Notes under the pieces: generated by a model
The model's database searches: none
What the model was told of the DNA's origin: nothing
What the model saw: the letters and a program-made list of their open reading frames with translations, nothing else
Shown: positions 1 to 14,071 of the stretch, piece after piece
How positions within the stretch are numbered: position 1 is the first letter of the stretch
Layout: each line of letters begins with the position of its first letter
Assembly (NCBI RefSeq): GCF_964204645.1
Contig: NC_134030.1
Coordinates: 11,367,947-11,431,946 of the forward strand
Reading direction: 5' to 3'
DNA from: Tubulanus polymorphus
Lineage: Eukaryota > Animalia > Nemertea
Length of the DNA: 64,000 bases
Position numbers and translations under genes: made by a program

Positions 1-809
1 GTGTATACATCCGCCATTTAACCAAATCCGATTTACTTATCATTTCTATTTATGCCTGCCGCTTCTGATACAATCATACATCTTTTACTATTAAAATACG
101 TTTTCTATTGATATTCAATGCAATATAACATTTCGACGTTCAAACAGAGGTCATTATATAATCACAGGAAGACATTCTACATCTTAGTCAATAATATTTT
201 GCCAAATAGCTTGTATGTGTACACATACCCTGTGACGTTTTGCACATCGATTTACGGTTTGTCGTTTGTAAAATGACGCTGAATGGTTAACATTGTTTAG
301 TTTTCATAATGGTAACGTTTTAAAAGGCATCAAAAAATTACTAGGAAAATTCATTTTCAAATTAGGAGGCTTACTATTTCATAGTCTTAGGAATAAATAC
401 TCTCAATAATGCTTTGTTCTTCAGATGCACAATGAGATCTGAAGGCACTCTTTGTTAACCAAGTAATATTCTGACATCCGAGTCGATTATTTGATAATGT
501 TGTTCGGGCTATAATATGTCACTGGGGTATAAAACATCTACAGATCTACTTAATAAGTGACCTTTACGGTGAAATCTATTTCTGCTTGATTACCTATAAA
601 ATCCTATATAGGTGGGAATATAATCCAGTACTATCGTGTCAAATGTGCCCACCGATAAATCAGGATAGGGAACTTATGCACATTTTGCCAATCACTGATA
701 AGTCAGTTTACAAGAGTCACCGACAGCCTTTTTTAAGAACAAAATTCGTCCATTATGACGTAGGCCTACATCAATTTCTTCCAATCTCAACCATATTAGG
801 TGTACTTAC

Positions 810-878
810 ATAGTGGGTTTCTATTGATATGTTCCACGGCAGTTGAGAAACATTTAACCATCCTCTGAAACAGTTCAT
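810..878 (-). CDS. 69-nt candidate exon (x)ELFQRMVKCFSTAVEHINRNPL, possibly the same gene
   Basis: cctatttcag| ... |gtaagt, phase 1-1, open. Confidence 0.55.
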
Positions 879-2168
879 CTGAAATAGGATAATAATTATG
901 AGTAGAGCTGCAAAGCAACGACACAGAGAAAATTATCTTATGCTTGAATGTTCTCTGGAAATTATAGGCTACTTATCATTTCACCTCTCTATTTGATCTA
1001 ACATGATCTAGTAAATCATTGATAGCTATTCTACATAAACTTGGAATAATCATTTGACAAATGATTACTCCAAGATATGAGGTACCGAGTCTTATGGAAT
1101 CGATTGCATCCCATCCGTATAGCAAATGCTAATACGTAAATGTACATTTATCTAAGGTGGAGTTGAGGTAGCACTATCAACAAATTGAAGAAAAGGCTAA
1201 CGAATGGCCAGACGGACCAAAGGCAAGACTTGCTTTTTCATGAATTCTAAATATATCAAAAATATTCACGTTACATAGTTATCCTCAACAGCACCAGGTA
1301 CTGTAGAATCCAGAACCGATTTGAATGTGGAAATTTGAGATAATCATATCAAAAAAAAAATCTTTTAAATGCGATACCATATTATGCCAACTCTCAACAC
1401 AGTAACACATAAGAACATACGAAACGTGGCCCACAAGTTGTTTGTCCTTTCGGTGTGGTATGTGGATCGCTTCTAATAAGCCAACAGAATAGGAAGTTAT
1501 TTGTATACATGTACTTCTCAATTCTGGTTACCAGTTCACTGTTTTCATACCGTATTTTCTGGCCAATTTGACTTTCTAACCTCAGATTGTTAACCAAAAT
1601 TATCACAATGGGCTAAACGGATACGATCTGACCTAAAAATCACTAGCTGACAGTGTCACTCTTATGCTCCCATATAATCAAGATGAGCAGTCCATCAATT
1701 AATTTGAGGTCATAATTTACTACCAATTATCTATTTTCAACAATTTTTTACTTCGTTTATTTCATCAGCTCACAGCAGCACATTTGTATATACGCGTGTA
1801 TTACTGGTTGCTGCATACAACACTCTCACCACATCGTTGCAAACAGCAACCAGTAATTTTTGCAGTATGCCTAGTGCTAATATCCAGGCCTACAGCAAAA
1901 AGGCCTATGAAAAATATCTGAATTTAACCCTGTCTTCAGCCCAATCACTTCTGCATCACCGAATATCCCAAACTTGTTAAGTTAAATTTGTTAAGTACAA
2001 CAAATTAGTGACTCCCGTATTTCATCGATGACAAAAGACGTACAAAAATGTCTGATCAACTCGTCCGTGAGCAACGTAGTAACTATATAAGGAACAGCAA
2101 TAATCGAGTGGATTGAACATATTTTTGCGAAAAAAAATACCAAACTTTGAATGCTGAATAAATGGAAC

Positions 2169-4500
2169 TGATCCTGCTACTTCAACCACGTGCGATACTG
2201 AACGCGAAAAGGCAACAGTGTTTCTCCGAATCATATCTGATAAATATCACTCAAACTCTAAAATTGATGCCTTGCCCCTCTTTGCAAATAGAAGCCCGCA
2301 CGACATATTCATGCCACATATAGCCACAAACTTAAACTAGAACTTGATGTCAACAAATCGCCCGGTCATGACAGAATAACTTATAGTATGTTGAAATTGT
2401 CTGCTAACGCCATTTCACCAGTGCTAGCACGTCTCTTTAATACTTAAGCCGATCGCAGTAATTTTCCCGATATATGGAAAATCGCTCAAGTTTCAGTAAA
2501 TTATAAAAAGGACGCTCGTCATGACCCTAACAATTATCGACCAATTTCTCTTCTCTGCACTATTTCAAAACTGTTTGAAGGATTGATTTATCAAAATATA
2601 TACAATCAGTCAGGTTTTTTTCCTGGTCATAGTACTACTGCCTACTATCTATTTCGGCCTTTATTAATGCAAAATTAGAAATTGATGTCCGGGCGGCTTT
2701 TCTTGGCATATCAGCTGCCTTTGATACACTACCTCATAAAATTATTACCTCACAAGCTAAAAGCATATGAAATTAACGGCAAAATACATGATCTTATCTC
2801 ATCCTTCCTATCTAATCGCCGAATCCAAGTGAAAGTGAATGGAATCTTCTCTGAACTTACCCCCATCGGATACGTTAATACCTCTGTTCCCCAGGGATCT
2901 ATTTAAGGGCCCCTGTTATTCCTTTTATATATAAATGACTTACCAGACAGTTTAAACAGTGATACCTTTATTTATGCCGACGATACGTCTATCTATATGC
3001 CTGTCAATCCTCAAAACCCAAATTTGAATAGTTTAATCCTACAAACTGACCTTAATGAGATTGAATCTTGGGCCAAAATCTGGCGGCTCCAATTCAAACC
3101 TTCCAAATGTTGCAATATCAACTTTACGAAACGTGGTACTGCAAACTACAGTAATCTCACCTTCGACGGGGAAATAATCCCTACAAAACAATCCCACAAA
3201 CAGCTAGGCCTTATTCTTGATCAAAACCTTAATTTTCATGAACACATCGTACAGCTGGTTAAAACCCAAAATCTCCTAAATCCACTGAAATTGCTAAGCC
3301 GAAAACTTAGATCTTGTCATCTAGAATTAATCTTCTCACATTGAATACTGCGATATCATCTACCAGGGAGCTTCTACTTCTAATCTAAACAAACTGGAGA
3401 GGATTCACTACAGAGCTGCGATCCTTGTCTCCGGTTGTATCCACGGGTCAAACACTAATAAGATCCTGCAAATTTTGAACTGGCAAACTTCAGTCGCCAG
3501 GCGTAAAGAGCGTCAATTGCTGTATATGTTTAAAGTAAAAACCGGTTTGTCCCACCATATGTAAATTCAATTTTCAAAAATTTCCATAACGCGGCCAGCA
3601 ACCAACCTCGTGCCCTTAGAACGCAGCGACCTTTTAGAATCCCAGCATCTCATTCTTCATTTATGAGGCGATCACCCATTGTTCAACTTATGGAACAATG
3701 GAATAATGTAACACCTGAGCTGCAAAACTACGATTCATTTTCCCTTTTCAAATCTAAAACCAGCTTTAATAAATACCACTCCAATGTTCTTAGTTCAACC
3801 ATAGTAAAAAACCTCAATCGAAATGAAGAAATCTGCCTAAATCGTCTGCGTGTAGACCTCTTCCTGAGATCTCATTTCTATTCACATAATTTCGTTGATG
3901 TAAGTGATCCTGACTGCCCCTACTGCAACCAAATCCAATGGACAACACGTTTCCTTCTTCAGTGTCGAGAACCTTCCCTCCAACATGACTTTTCTAACCT
4001 CCTCACTTCGCTTGATTCCCTACAACTAATTTCCGTATTCCAATAGATTAAATATGTTGAATAAATATGAATTCCTACTTTTTGGAAATTCGATTTATAA
4101 CTATGATTTAAACTCGACAGAAATCTGTCTCATCGCTAAATTCATTTCTAGAAACCAAAGAATCTCTAACTGATGATGATAATCATCATTATCATTATCA
4201 TTACTATTATTATCATTAATATTATGATTTACTATTATTTACTATCATTTCACTTTATTATTTATCATTATTATCACTTTTATTGTTACAACTCATTGAT
4301 ACTATCATTATTATTATTATTATCATCCTTTAGAGTAATTATCAGTTTACGTGCATTTATTAATTTTTGATGACTGTCAAATGTCACTGTCATTTCATTT
4401 ATAATTGTAATTGCTTGTAATGTCCTCTGGACCTTAGCATGTATTTATTTTGTATACCATTGAATTGTTTAATAAAATTAATTTGTACTTAATAAAAATA
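2169..4500 (+). mobile_element. 5'-truncated CR1/L2-group LINE, decayed RT ORF2
   Basis: Motifs KSPGHD, NYRPISLL, VPQGSI*GPLLFLLYINDL and YADD; (ATT/ATC)n-rich 3' UTR near 4172-4330; 12-bp target-site duplication AATAAATGGAAC at 2157-2168 and 4501-4512. Confidence 0.92.
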
Positions 4501-5509
4501 AATAAATGGAACATTTCACGGTATTATATTCTCACTGTTTTTTTTTTTGATTGGTTATGTTTTAGACGGCACTAATTGCACAACCAAAGTGTACGATACA
4601 AAAGACGAGTTTCGTTGGACAACATTTCGTGAACATGTTATTTCTGGTCTCCAGAGGGATTATGAAGACTTCGCTGACATACGACACAGTAAAAAGAAAA
4701 TATTACTGCAAGCAGCGGCAACGGGTTACTGCCATTCTGGATAGAATGTCGTACAAAGATTTCATCCGAAATCAGTTCGTAACATTCCGCTTTTTTGAAG
4801 GAGCGCCACCTAGGGGTCAGCTCATAACATGGATATGTTGACCCACATGTGCTACTACGCGCAAAGTAGTAATGTGCAAAGTTTAGGGGAAATAAAACCG
4901 AGAATAACGAAGATACGGTGTTTTAACCATTCCCTAGTGGTAGTTTAAGCGCATTCGGTTATTATTATAGTTCCGACAAATAGTCGACTTATTACGATAA
5001 CCGAATTTGGCCCAAGGCGCTCGACAGATTCAAGATGGCATCTCCGTGAAATAACCAATACACAAGTTAGGGTTAACTGTGTGGAAGGGAAGGTCTAAGT
5101 AGAGGAGTAACAAGTCGGTCCGGCGAGTCACGAGATCAGATGGAGACCACGACTCACATATGAAATCGACGTCCAATAACCATTATAAAAACATAATCAC
5201 GAACGGTACCATCACTCCCCCTTACTCACTGCTGCTGGCCTGCAATCATTATTAATCAGTGCAGTGGGTAGGTATTTTAAACTGACTTTCTTCTTCTATG
5301 ACAGCGCCATCGCCGCTGCGTCACGATGTGATTGATGGATCTCACAAGGGACCTCCAATTTGTATTGTATGTGATGTACAAACTGACTTTAGACCGTTTT
5401 ATATCGGCGACAACAAGATAACGCCGACGCTGACATTTTATGACTATAATCAGTATGACCGGGGATGTGGAACGGCCTAATCGACCGGACCAATACAATA
5501 CAATATAAA

Positions 5510-6405
5510 ACAAGAGCCCCAAGGGGCACTATGGCCAGCCTGTCGGCCTTTCATAAAATGGCAATTGATGATGCATTTTGTGGGTTAAATTTGTCAAAAA
5601 ACACTCCCAGCTCAGGGTCAATACCTAATAATTTACACAATACAATCGTAGAATACGAAAGTAGCACAGACAGCGACTGGATCTGGCAGGAACAAATACC
5701 ACAGATAAATCTTTTCCCTTGGTCTTATTGATTTTAATGCGGAATAGAATTGAATTTTCTGAAATTTGCTAAATGAAACAAAATTGAATTGGATTTGATT
5801 TTTTTTATAAGTTCAATAAAGTAAAATTGAATTGGATTTGATATTTTTGCGGAATAAAATCTGATTGAATTTGTAGTTTGAGTATATGGCTAATTAGCAT
5901 AGCATGGTCATCAATCCGATTTAAGAAAAATCTATTTTTCCTGGACTTTGCACAATGGTCAATGATAATTTCTGTAGTGCTTATAAAAATATTCCTCCCA
6001 AAACCAAATCAACTAAAGATTTCACAGAAATCGATATTGAAATACAATTTTAGATCTTAAAACTCGGAAACTCGGAAAGTTAAACGGTAGACGATACTGT
6101 GGGTTCACGTGAACACCTGCTGATTTCTGCGGCTAAGTCAATCATAGAGCAGTCTTTGCTTTCTGATTGGCTTTTCAAAACAAATATGTTTGCGATCAGA
6201 TATTCGCGCAAAAGCTCTTATCTTAACGAGGCCCTCTTTCAAAAAAATTCAGCTACGTAGAGTTTGGAGAATGGATAATGTTTTAATGAATGATTTGTAT
6301 GAATATATGCTCAGTTGCACAGTAAAAGAGCCTTTGCTCTGGAAACCATGTCATTTAAATTCGCTCCATTTGTATAGAAATAGGCTCAGCCTAAGGCTGG
6401 CCTAA
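5510..6405 (-). mobile_element. Non-autonomous Helentron/HINE, family A copy 1
   Basis: ACAAGAG end with GCCCCAAGGGGC hairpin, subterminal inverted repeat GGCCAGCC/GGCTGGCC, terminal hairpin, no TSD; further copies at 27255 and 29912. Confidence 0.75.
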
Positions 6406-6429
6406 AAACCGCGTACCGGTACAATAAAT

Positions 6430-7565
6430 AAATAAACCCTGTAGAATATTCGTTGTATTGATATCCGCGAACAAAACAAATATCAGTATTGAATATTTAA
6501 AAGGAACTAATTTTTATAACAGTATTAATAAACTTAATTTCACAAACAAGGGAGTACATTTTGAACTTGTGAATGGTCGAACCCCATAATTCACATCGTT
6601 AACCTGTGATTTGGAGATTCTCGGGGCCTTCCTTCTTTATTTATTTATGAAATGGCGTCACGAACTTTCAGATTCGCGCCAGTACGCACCATGATTGACG
6701 ATTGCTATTTCCACCGGTGCTATCTTTAAGTAATTTTAAGTTTAAAATGGGATGCACAGTACATCCATAGAATTTACGCGGAGATAAGGACTATAATTAT
6801 ATTACTATCAGAGTTTAACATTTCGCTTAAAAGCCGTTAGTAGTCGAATCTGATAAAAAATGATTTTTATGTGACGAAGTTTAGTGGAAAATATGTTAAA
6901 AATAATCAGCAGGAATACAATAGGGTTTCTACCAAGGCAGCAGAAACCTTAATGAAAACAGATTTATGCATGCAGAATACGGATTTTTATACTTATATTT
7001 GATTAGGGTTTTCTGACTTTCGTCGAAAACCCTCTTGAAATTCTGTTGATTATTATTAGGGTTTTCTGACTTTCGTCGAAAACCCTCTTGAAATTCTGTT
7101 GATTATTATTATTTTATATTTTCCACCGATTTCGTCAAATAAAATTCATCTTCATTCAGATTCGGCAACTGACAGCTTCGAAACGAAATGTATAAATTGA
7201 TACTGTAATAACAGTCTCTCTGAACCAACAGATTGTCTGAATGTACTTTCCATCCTATTTGAAACTTAAAATTACTTATTAGGTTACTGTAAATAAAGAA
7301 TTGAATTGAATTGAATTGTTAGACAACAAGCACCGGCGAAATAACAGTTTGTGACGTCATTTAGTAAGTAAATAAAGGAGGGCTCCGATAATTTCCAAAT
7401 CACGGGGACTATACTGGGGTTAGACCATTCAACCAAAAGAGGATTGCTCCGATAATATCCAAATCATCTCATTTTATTTTTTCCATCGAATACCCGGTAA
7501 TTAATTTTTCCTTTCGATCACATGCATCCAGAAAAACCCGTTATCGCTGCTTTGCAGCTATATTT
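6430..7565. repeat. Two related HINE-like elements in opposite orientation; about 53-bp tandem duplication of one end at 7002-7107
   Basis: Reverse-complement similarity between about 6570-6950 and 7005-7430; hairpin ends. Confidence 0.55.
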
Positions 7566-9040
7566 ACTTTTTTTGATGCACGTGGAAAATGAAACTGACG
7601 AAAAACATGCATTTTTGCGTGGCCGATTTCACGATATGAAGGATCAACTCATGTCATCGGATGGTGCTGGTCCGAAATGATTTACTGAAATTATTGCTGA
7701 CTGACTGGTGACATAATAAGTTACTTCTTGATGACGTGAGTTGATCCTTCACATCAAGAATATATCCTTTATATATCCTATATCAACCCACTATTCCAAA
7801 ATCTTGTACATGTATATCCGGCAATAGTAACTAGGGGTCCACAGGGACACCATGCCCACTTGGAAAACTGTTTCCAATTCTCAACGATGTAACAATTTCA
7901 ATATTCAATGCCCCATACTGATCACCACGTGTCATGAGCTACAACTTTGCAATTGATTGCGGTAACAAAATTGCATAGGTTCGATACTTAGTTATTGTAT
8001 CATTCAACGCCCCCTGGTGGCCATATACAAACACCAATGAACTTAAAACTCACCACAATCATAGAACATGTTATGAGCTACAACTTTCCAATTGATTGTG
8101 AGTAATTGGAAAAGTAGGCTTTCAAATCAGAGGGCGAGAGGTATCAGATCACTCATCACCACTGGTAATTTTTTCCTAATAAATGGGAGAGAGAAAAGCA
8201 TTCTTAGAAACAATAAATAACAGAATAAAACCAGGAAAAACAATTTGAAATAAAAAAGTTCGTCGATGTGAAAAAAGAAATTGAACAAAAATTTTACAAT
8301 TAGAAAAGATAAAGACTAAATATGGAGAAACAGTATCAGCAATTTCAAGTTACTGTAATGTCAGTACAACGCGAGAAAAAGTACTTTTACCTGATAAATG
8401 AATTTCATTAAGTAAAGAGGAATTAAAAGATTTAGAAGGATTTAAAATGTTTTTTCATGGAAAAAATGAAGACGGTCTTCATGGTTTAGAAATTTTTGAA
8501 TAAATAAAAACAATAAAAATAAAATAATTAAAAAAAATAATAAAGAATAAAATAAAAAGAAAATAAAATAATTAAAAAAAGAAATATTGTTCGATAAACA
8601 AAAATATTTTTTTTCCTTTTTTTCCTAAAATATAATTCAATTTTTTGGCTTTTTTGGCTTTTTTCTAAAATATTAATCCATTTTTTTTTATAGTGAACTT
8701 TGGAATTTCAAAAGTTTTTTTCATTTTCAACAGTAGTAGTTTTAGAATTATCAATATCATAAATTTTATTAAATTCTATATTCCAACTACATCCAATCAA
8801 AATTAATTCAATTACAAGACTTGTTGAATAATAAAAATATTTATTAAATGCATTAGAAGTGGTAGAAATAACATAACCTATCTTTATTAACATTTTCACT
8901 ATTCATTTTTTTTTAGCTTTTTTAAATTCTTTTGATTTAATTCCTACTGCCGAGACCGTTCAATTTGTCTTTGTGTTCTCGATTTTTTTAATCCCACACT
9001 TCGAATTTAAAATTATACGATCAAATTTATTATTACGAAA

Positions 9041-9082
9041 CCACAACGTTTCGGCTGTTGACAAACAGCCTTCATCAGGTGG
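9041..9082 (-). ncRNA. Minimal type I hammerhead ribozyme in a Penelope-like terminal-repeat remnant (about 8945-9240)
   Basis: Minus strand reads CCAC-CUGAUGA-A-GGCUGUU-UGUC-AACAGCC-GAA-ACGU-U-GUGG. Confidence 0.8.
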
Positions 9083-9243
9083 AATGACCAGAAAAACAAG
9101 TAACGAAGCATATAAACTCACAGGATCTAAAATAGAAGCAGTGTGGCAAAACTAAAGATAAACAGACCAAGCAATAAAACATCAAGGGGTACCGTAGAAA
9201 CCACAGCAATTCTAAACAGTTCAGAATAAAAACAAATTATGTA

Positions 9244-9954
9244 ACTAAGTGAAGTGGACATGCCCTCAGTCCACTACATGTCATTAGCTACAACTTTCTA
9301 ATTCACTGTGGTAACAAAATATGCTTAGGTATCAAAATAATGTCGAAAAACTTTTTCCCACCTACGAATGTGTACTGATGACACCAAGATGGCCACCAAT
9401 TGCGTCATAATTGGCTGATCAAAAATACCTATCCCAGGTATAAAACATCCCTTTCCAAAGAATACCCTTCAGCAATTGCAATGAGAAATGGCAAACCAGT
9501 AGGAAGCTACAGGACTCAGAATTCGGGCCAAAATTGTCATTTTTGGGCACTTAAAATGTCATAGGACGGCCATCTTGAGTTCGATCGACCAAATTTTTCT
9601 AATGCTGATGGGCCCTGGGGGGATTCAAGTATATACGAAAGACAAGGTAATTGATCAAAGCGTCTTTAAAATTTGCCTCAATAAGTTCAAAAACGTGTAA
9701 AAGTGCTGATTTTGGCGATCAACAATGGCTGCCAGTCGGCCATCTTGATTCTAACAGGGCCAGTTTTTAGGCTGAAGATGTGTCAAGGGTAGATACATGT
9801 GTAACCAAAATATCAAGACATTACATTGAAGCGTCTACAAAACTTCCCAAAATAACTGGATTCCGTCTACAGACGAACGCCCGGACGGACAGACGGACGA
9901 CGGACGAAAAGTGAACGCAATAGCCCGCTGGGACTAAAGTCCCAAGTGGGCTAA
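9244..9954 (-). mobile_element. HINE family B partial copy
   Basis: Near-identical to 11350-11955 with the same terminal hairpin. Confidence 0.8.
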
Positions 9955-9999
9955 AAATTACGAGGTTCAAATATAAATAATTCTTTATTCATTCATATA

Positions 10000-11101
10000 T
10001 TTTTAATTTTTCTTGATAATATCCATTCATTAAATTTTATCCGGCAATCCAAGCCATTTTACTAAAGAAAATATTTTTTTTGTTTTTAGTACTTTTTCAA
10101 TTTTATTTCTTGTTCTAAATTTTCCTTATTGAAACTTAATTCTTCATCATTAAAATACCCATCAACTTCTTCACCATCTAAATCTTCTAATTTATAGACA
10201 TATGGTTTTGTTGTTATTACTTTTTTTATTTCATTTATTTCTCTAGTAAAATTACGATCGTATCCTTTGTCAAATATCTTTTTATACTTAGGAATTTTAA
10301 CATTTTGACCAACTTTAAATTTAGGTTCACCAAAATCATCTATAAGAAATGCCCCGTATAAATTATCCCAAACAATTTCAGCATTCTAGCATCAATAGGT
10401 TTCATTCCAATAGAAGAATGATGAGAATTATTACAACCTTCTATCAATTTTGGTAAAATATCAATCCATTTATAAGTATTATTTGCTGTGAAATATTTTG
10501 ACATTCTTGTTCTTAATGTTCTTTTAAATCGTTCAACAACTGCTGCTTTCTTTTCTGATTTTGTTAAAAAATATTCAATATCATGATAATCTATCTAAGA
10601 GTCCATGAACAAATGAATTATCAAATTCTTTTCCATCATCAAATTGTATTTTTCTGGCTTTAGTTTACCACCTGAAAGAAATTTTCTTAAAACTAGTGAT
10701 GTTTGTGCAGCGTCTTTTCTATAAAGTGGGAAGCTCCACACATAACGACTAAAAATATCAATTATATCTAATATCCACCAATAATCATTATTGTCTTTTT
10801 TAAGATTTCTCATATCAATTTAATCTCCCTGCCACTGTTGATCTGCATAACTTACCATAGTTTTACGAGTTTTATATTTTCTAACAATTTTTTATATGTG
10901 TTGTATATGTTGGTTGTTCTAACATTAATTCATTTATATCTTTATATTCAACGTAATTTTGTGGGATTATCTTATCTATTTTATCTTGTTTTACTTGGAG
11001 CCATTAATTTTTTTGCAGAGGAAAAGCAACCGAACTCTCAGGGTTATAATATAAATTTCTTAAATATTGTTCTTTAGTATTAGCAGTTTTTTATCCCCCA
11101 T
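10000..11101 (-). pseudogene. Polinton/Maverick-type retroviral-like integrase, decayed
   Basis: Across frameshifts and stops: LYYNPES, QWQGD*IDM, IDIFSRYVW, QFDDGKEF, KAAVVERFKRTL, SSIGMKP, KFKVGQNV, FDKGY; very AT-rich flanks 8101-8945. Confidence 0.85.
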
Positions 11102-12424
11102 TTATATATCGTTAATTTTAGCTTAATATTCTTAATATTGAATACTATGTAATTGTGAATTTGAAATATTTAATTGCGCATCAGATATAATATAAATATG
11201 CATTTTGCAATTGATTGTGGTAACAAAATATGTATTGGTACAAATATAATATAGAATTACTAAGATATTGTATTATTCAACACCCCCTGGTGGCCATATA
11301 CAAAAACCAATGAACTTGAAACTCACCACAAACATAGAACACTTTTTAAGCTACAACCTTCCAATTCATTGTTGTAACAAAATATGCCTAGGTATCAATA
11401 AAATGTGGAAAAACTTTTTTTCCACCTACAGAGGAGTACTAATAACAGATGGCCGCCAATTGCGTCATAATTGGCTGATCAAAAATACCTGTCTCAGGTA
11501 TAAAACATCCCTTTCCAAAGAATACCCATATGCAATTGCAATGAGAAGTGGCAAACCAGTAGGAAGCTACAGGACTCAGATTTCGGGGCAAAATTAACGT
11601 TTTGAGGCACTTAAAAGGTCCTAGGACGACCATCTTGAGTCCGATCGACCCAATTGTATACGAAAGATCAAGGTAATTGATCAAGGCGTCTTCAAAATTT
11701 CCCTCAAAAAGTTCAAAAACGTGTAAAAAGTGCTGATTTTGGCGAACAACAATGGCTGCCAGTCAGCCGTCTTGATTCTGACAGGGCCAGTTTTTGGGCT
11801 GAAGATGTGTCTAGGGTAGATACATGTATCAACCAAATATCAAGACATTACCTTGAAGCGTCTTCAAAACTTCCCAAAACAACTGGATTCCATCTACGGA
11901 CGGAAGAAAAGTGAACGCAATAGCCCCGCTGGGACTTAAGTCCCAAGTGGGCTAAGAATATTCAAATAAAATTCATATGATATCACATATCAGAGGGTGG
12001 CTGGATATTGAGTCTTGGAAACGAAACCCCTTCCAATGTATGGCCGCGGAAACTAAAACACCGGGGTGTTATTAGATCGTTTTAAATCCTGGAATTTACC
12101 ACTACAATATTCAAAACTTGACCTATACTTGCTGCTTAGTATTTTCAGGTGACAAGAAATAACAATTTACTACAAATTCTATCAAACAGAAAACACAGCG
12201 CTCATCTTCTGCTACGACGATTATTCAGCCTGTTATCATTATTACCAAACGTGCACGCGCAAAGCAGCGTTACCGCATCACCATGTAGTAGTCTGTATGA
12301 GCGTGTGTTTGGGTGTGGCAGGGAAGTTTCCCTGGTGTGTGTTAAAGTCTAGTATTAAGCACTCCCGCGCACGTGGAGCCTTGCGTAGTGAACGTCCGCT
12401 TCATCATAATCGTGCGGGATCTTA

Positions 12425-12690
12425 TAATAGTTGTATAGTTAACTATTCTACTATTGTACTCCCCTATTCTACTATCCTTTCATTTCTTTTAGAATAGTTA
12501 AATATTCTACTATTCTACTATTCTACTTCCCTATTCTACTATCCTTTCATTTATTTTAGAAGAGTTAACTATTCTACTATTCTATCATTCTACTCCCCTT
12601 TAGAATAGTTAACTATTAAATAAACTAGAATAGTATTTAGAAGGTTAGGGTTAAAAGGGTTAGGGTTTAGAGGGTTAGGATTTAGGGGGT
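12425..12690. repeat. TATTCTA low-complexity repeats followed by a degenerate TTAGGG-like tract
   Basis: Seen directly in the sequence. Confidence 0.7.
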
Positions 12691-13367
12691 AGAGTTTTTT
12701 TTTTTATCTTAAAAATAGGGATTGTCCCTTTTGTTTATTTGGTTTGTAAATTTCGTTAGATTTTTTGATTGAGTGTCCCTTACAGACCCACCACACCTGA
12801 CGGGAGCGAAACCGGGGGTTTGATTTTGAAATCGGAAACCGAAGTACAGATATAGTTGTGTGATCGGCGGTCTAATTTACAGAAGAATTTACAAATTTTT
12901 TAATCGAAGTACATAATTGGAAATTCGGTTCCGGTTCATTCAAACAATCTTCCAACCAGTCTGAACCGGCAAGCGACTGATTGGGGTGAATTTTTCTGGC
13001 TGCCTAATTTATTACATAAAAATTTTGGGAATAGCTAATTACAAGGTTGAAGATCATCGTCATGTCTTCAATGGCGTCGATTTAAGTCGTTTAACCCGAG
13101 AACCAATGAAAAACATGCTCACATTAAAAAAAACGTACCGAGATTTTACATGAATTGGCTCAATGCCAACCTCATACCGCTGAAAAAGGTAAACCAAAAA
13201 CTACAGTAGCGGCAAATAACCATCGCGATATTGCAATTTACGACAAACAACGTGCAAATTTCACTGTTGTGGTGTTCAACGCATGGAAAAGATAAAATTT
13301 ACTATTCCCGGCGCGCATTGCAAAGCGAATCTATCTGCCGACTGCGTAAGGGGCTACCGCCTCGTGA

Positions 13368-13806
13368 GGGGACGATAGAAAATGCACGACATGAAAATGA
13401 CTGTAACGGAATATTCCTACAATGAAAACATGGGAATAATCCACTATTAGAAAATACTAGAAATGGCACAACCTGATAAAACAAGAATTGGAGAATGTAG
13501 GAACGTACACACTGGATTATGAAATAATAATCCAATAGTGGAATATACAAGAAATACCCCTTACTGGAAAATACAGGAAATTGAAAATGTATCAATTTCC
13601 TGAATATTCCAGTTCCTGCAAAGTGTGATGCATGTTTTTCCGGCATTTTCCAGTTCTTGTACTTTCCAGTTCTTGTTCATTATTGATGTGCACATTCTTG
13701 TATTTTCGTGTCATGCTTTTTCTAGTTCTTGTATTTTCATGTTGTTCATTTTCAGCATCCTACTGTCTATCGCTGAATGTGCACAACATGAAAATACAAG
13801 AATCCA
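13368..13806. repeat. Degenerate foldback/subterminal repeats beside the MULE gene (probable terminal region)
   Basis: ACA(A)CATGAAAAT-type motifs in both orientations; hairpin at about 13727-13803. Confidence 0.5.
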
Positions 13807-14071
13807 TTAATGATCTTTATATAGAATCTGTTTATTACTCCATGTGTAATTGTGTTATTTTATGATGCTGTGGGAAAAATTTTTCTGTTGTCTTGCGGCG
13901 TAAACATGATGAGTAAAATGAACGACAGATTCACGATGCAATTTTACTTCTATCCATTTTATTATTTACAAATGATAATTTGATATCTGATTATTATACA
14001 CAAAGCATGTTTCTGTTTTTCTGTTTTTTCTATCTTTCGATTCTTAATTTGGAACTATTCATATGAAATTT

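Larger units (their letters stand above)
7830..11955 (-). mobile_element. HINE family B copy, split by about 3.1 kb of nested inserts (8101 to about 11200)
   Basis: ACTAGGGGTCC end, subTIR GCCCACTTGG/CCAAGTGGGC, about 150-bp internal repeats. Confidence 0.75.

Noticed and set aside
1551-1646. Segment similar to about 28068-28162 that looked like a paralogous exon
   Set aside because: Stops in all minus-strand frames; probably an old repeat
4173-4370. Hydrophobic 65-aa ORF
   Set aside because: Translation of the LINE (ATT)n tail
12643-12690. TTAGGG-like tract as a telomere or fusion site
   Set aside because: Short, degenerate and embedded in repeat-like sequence
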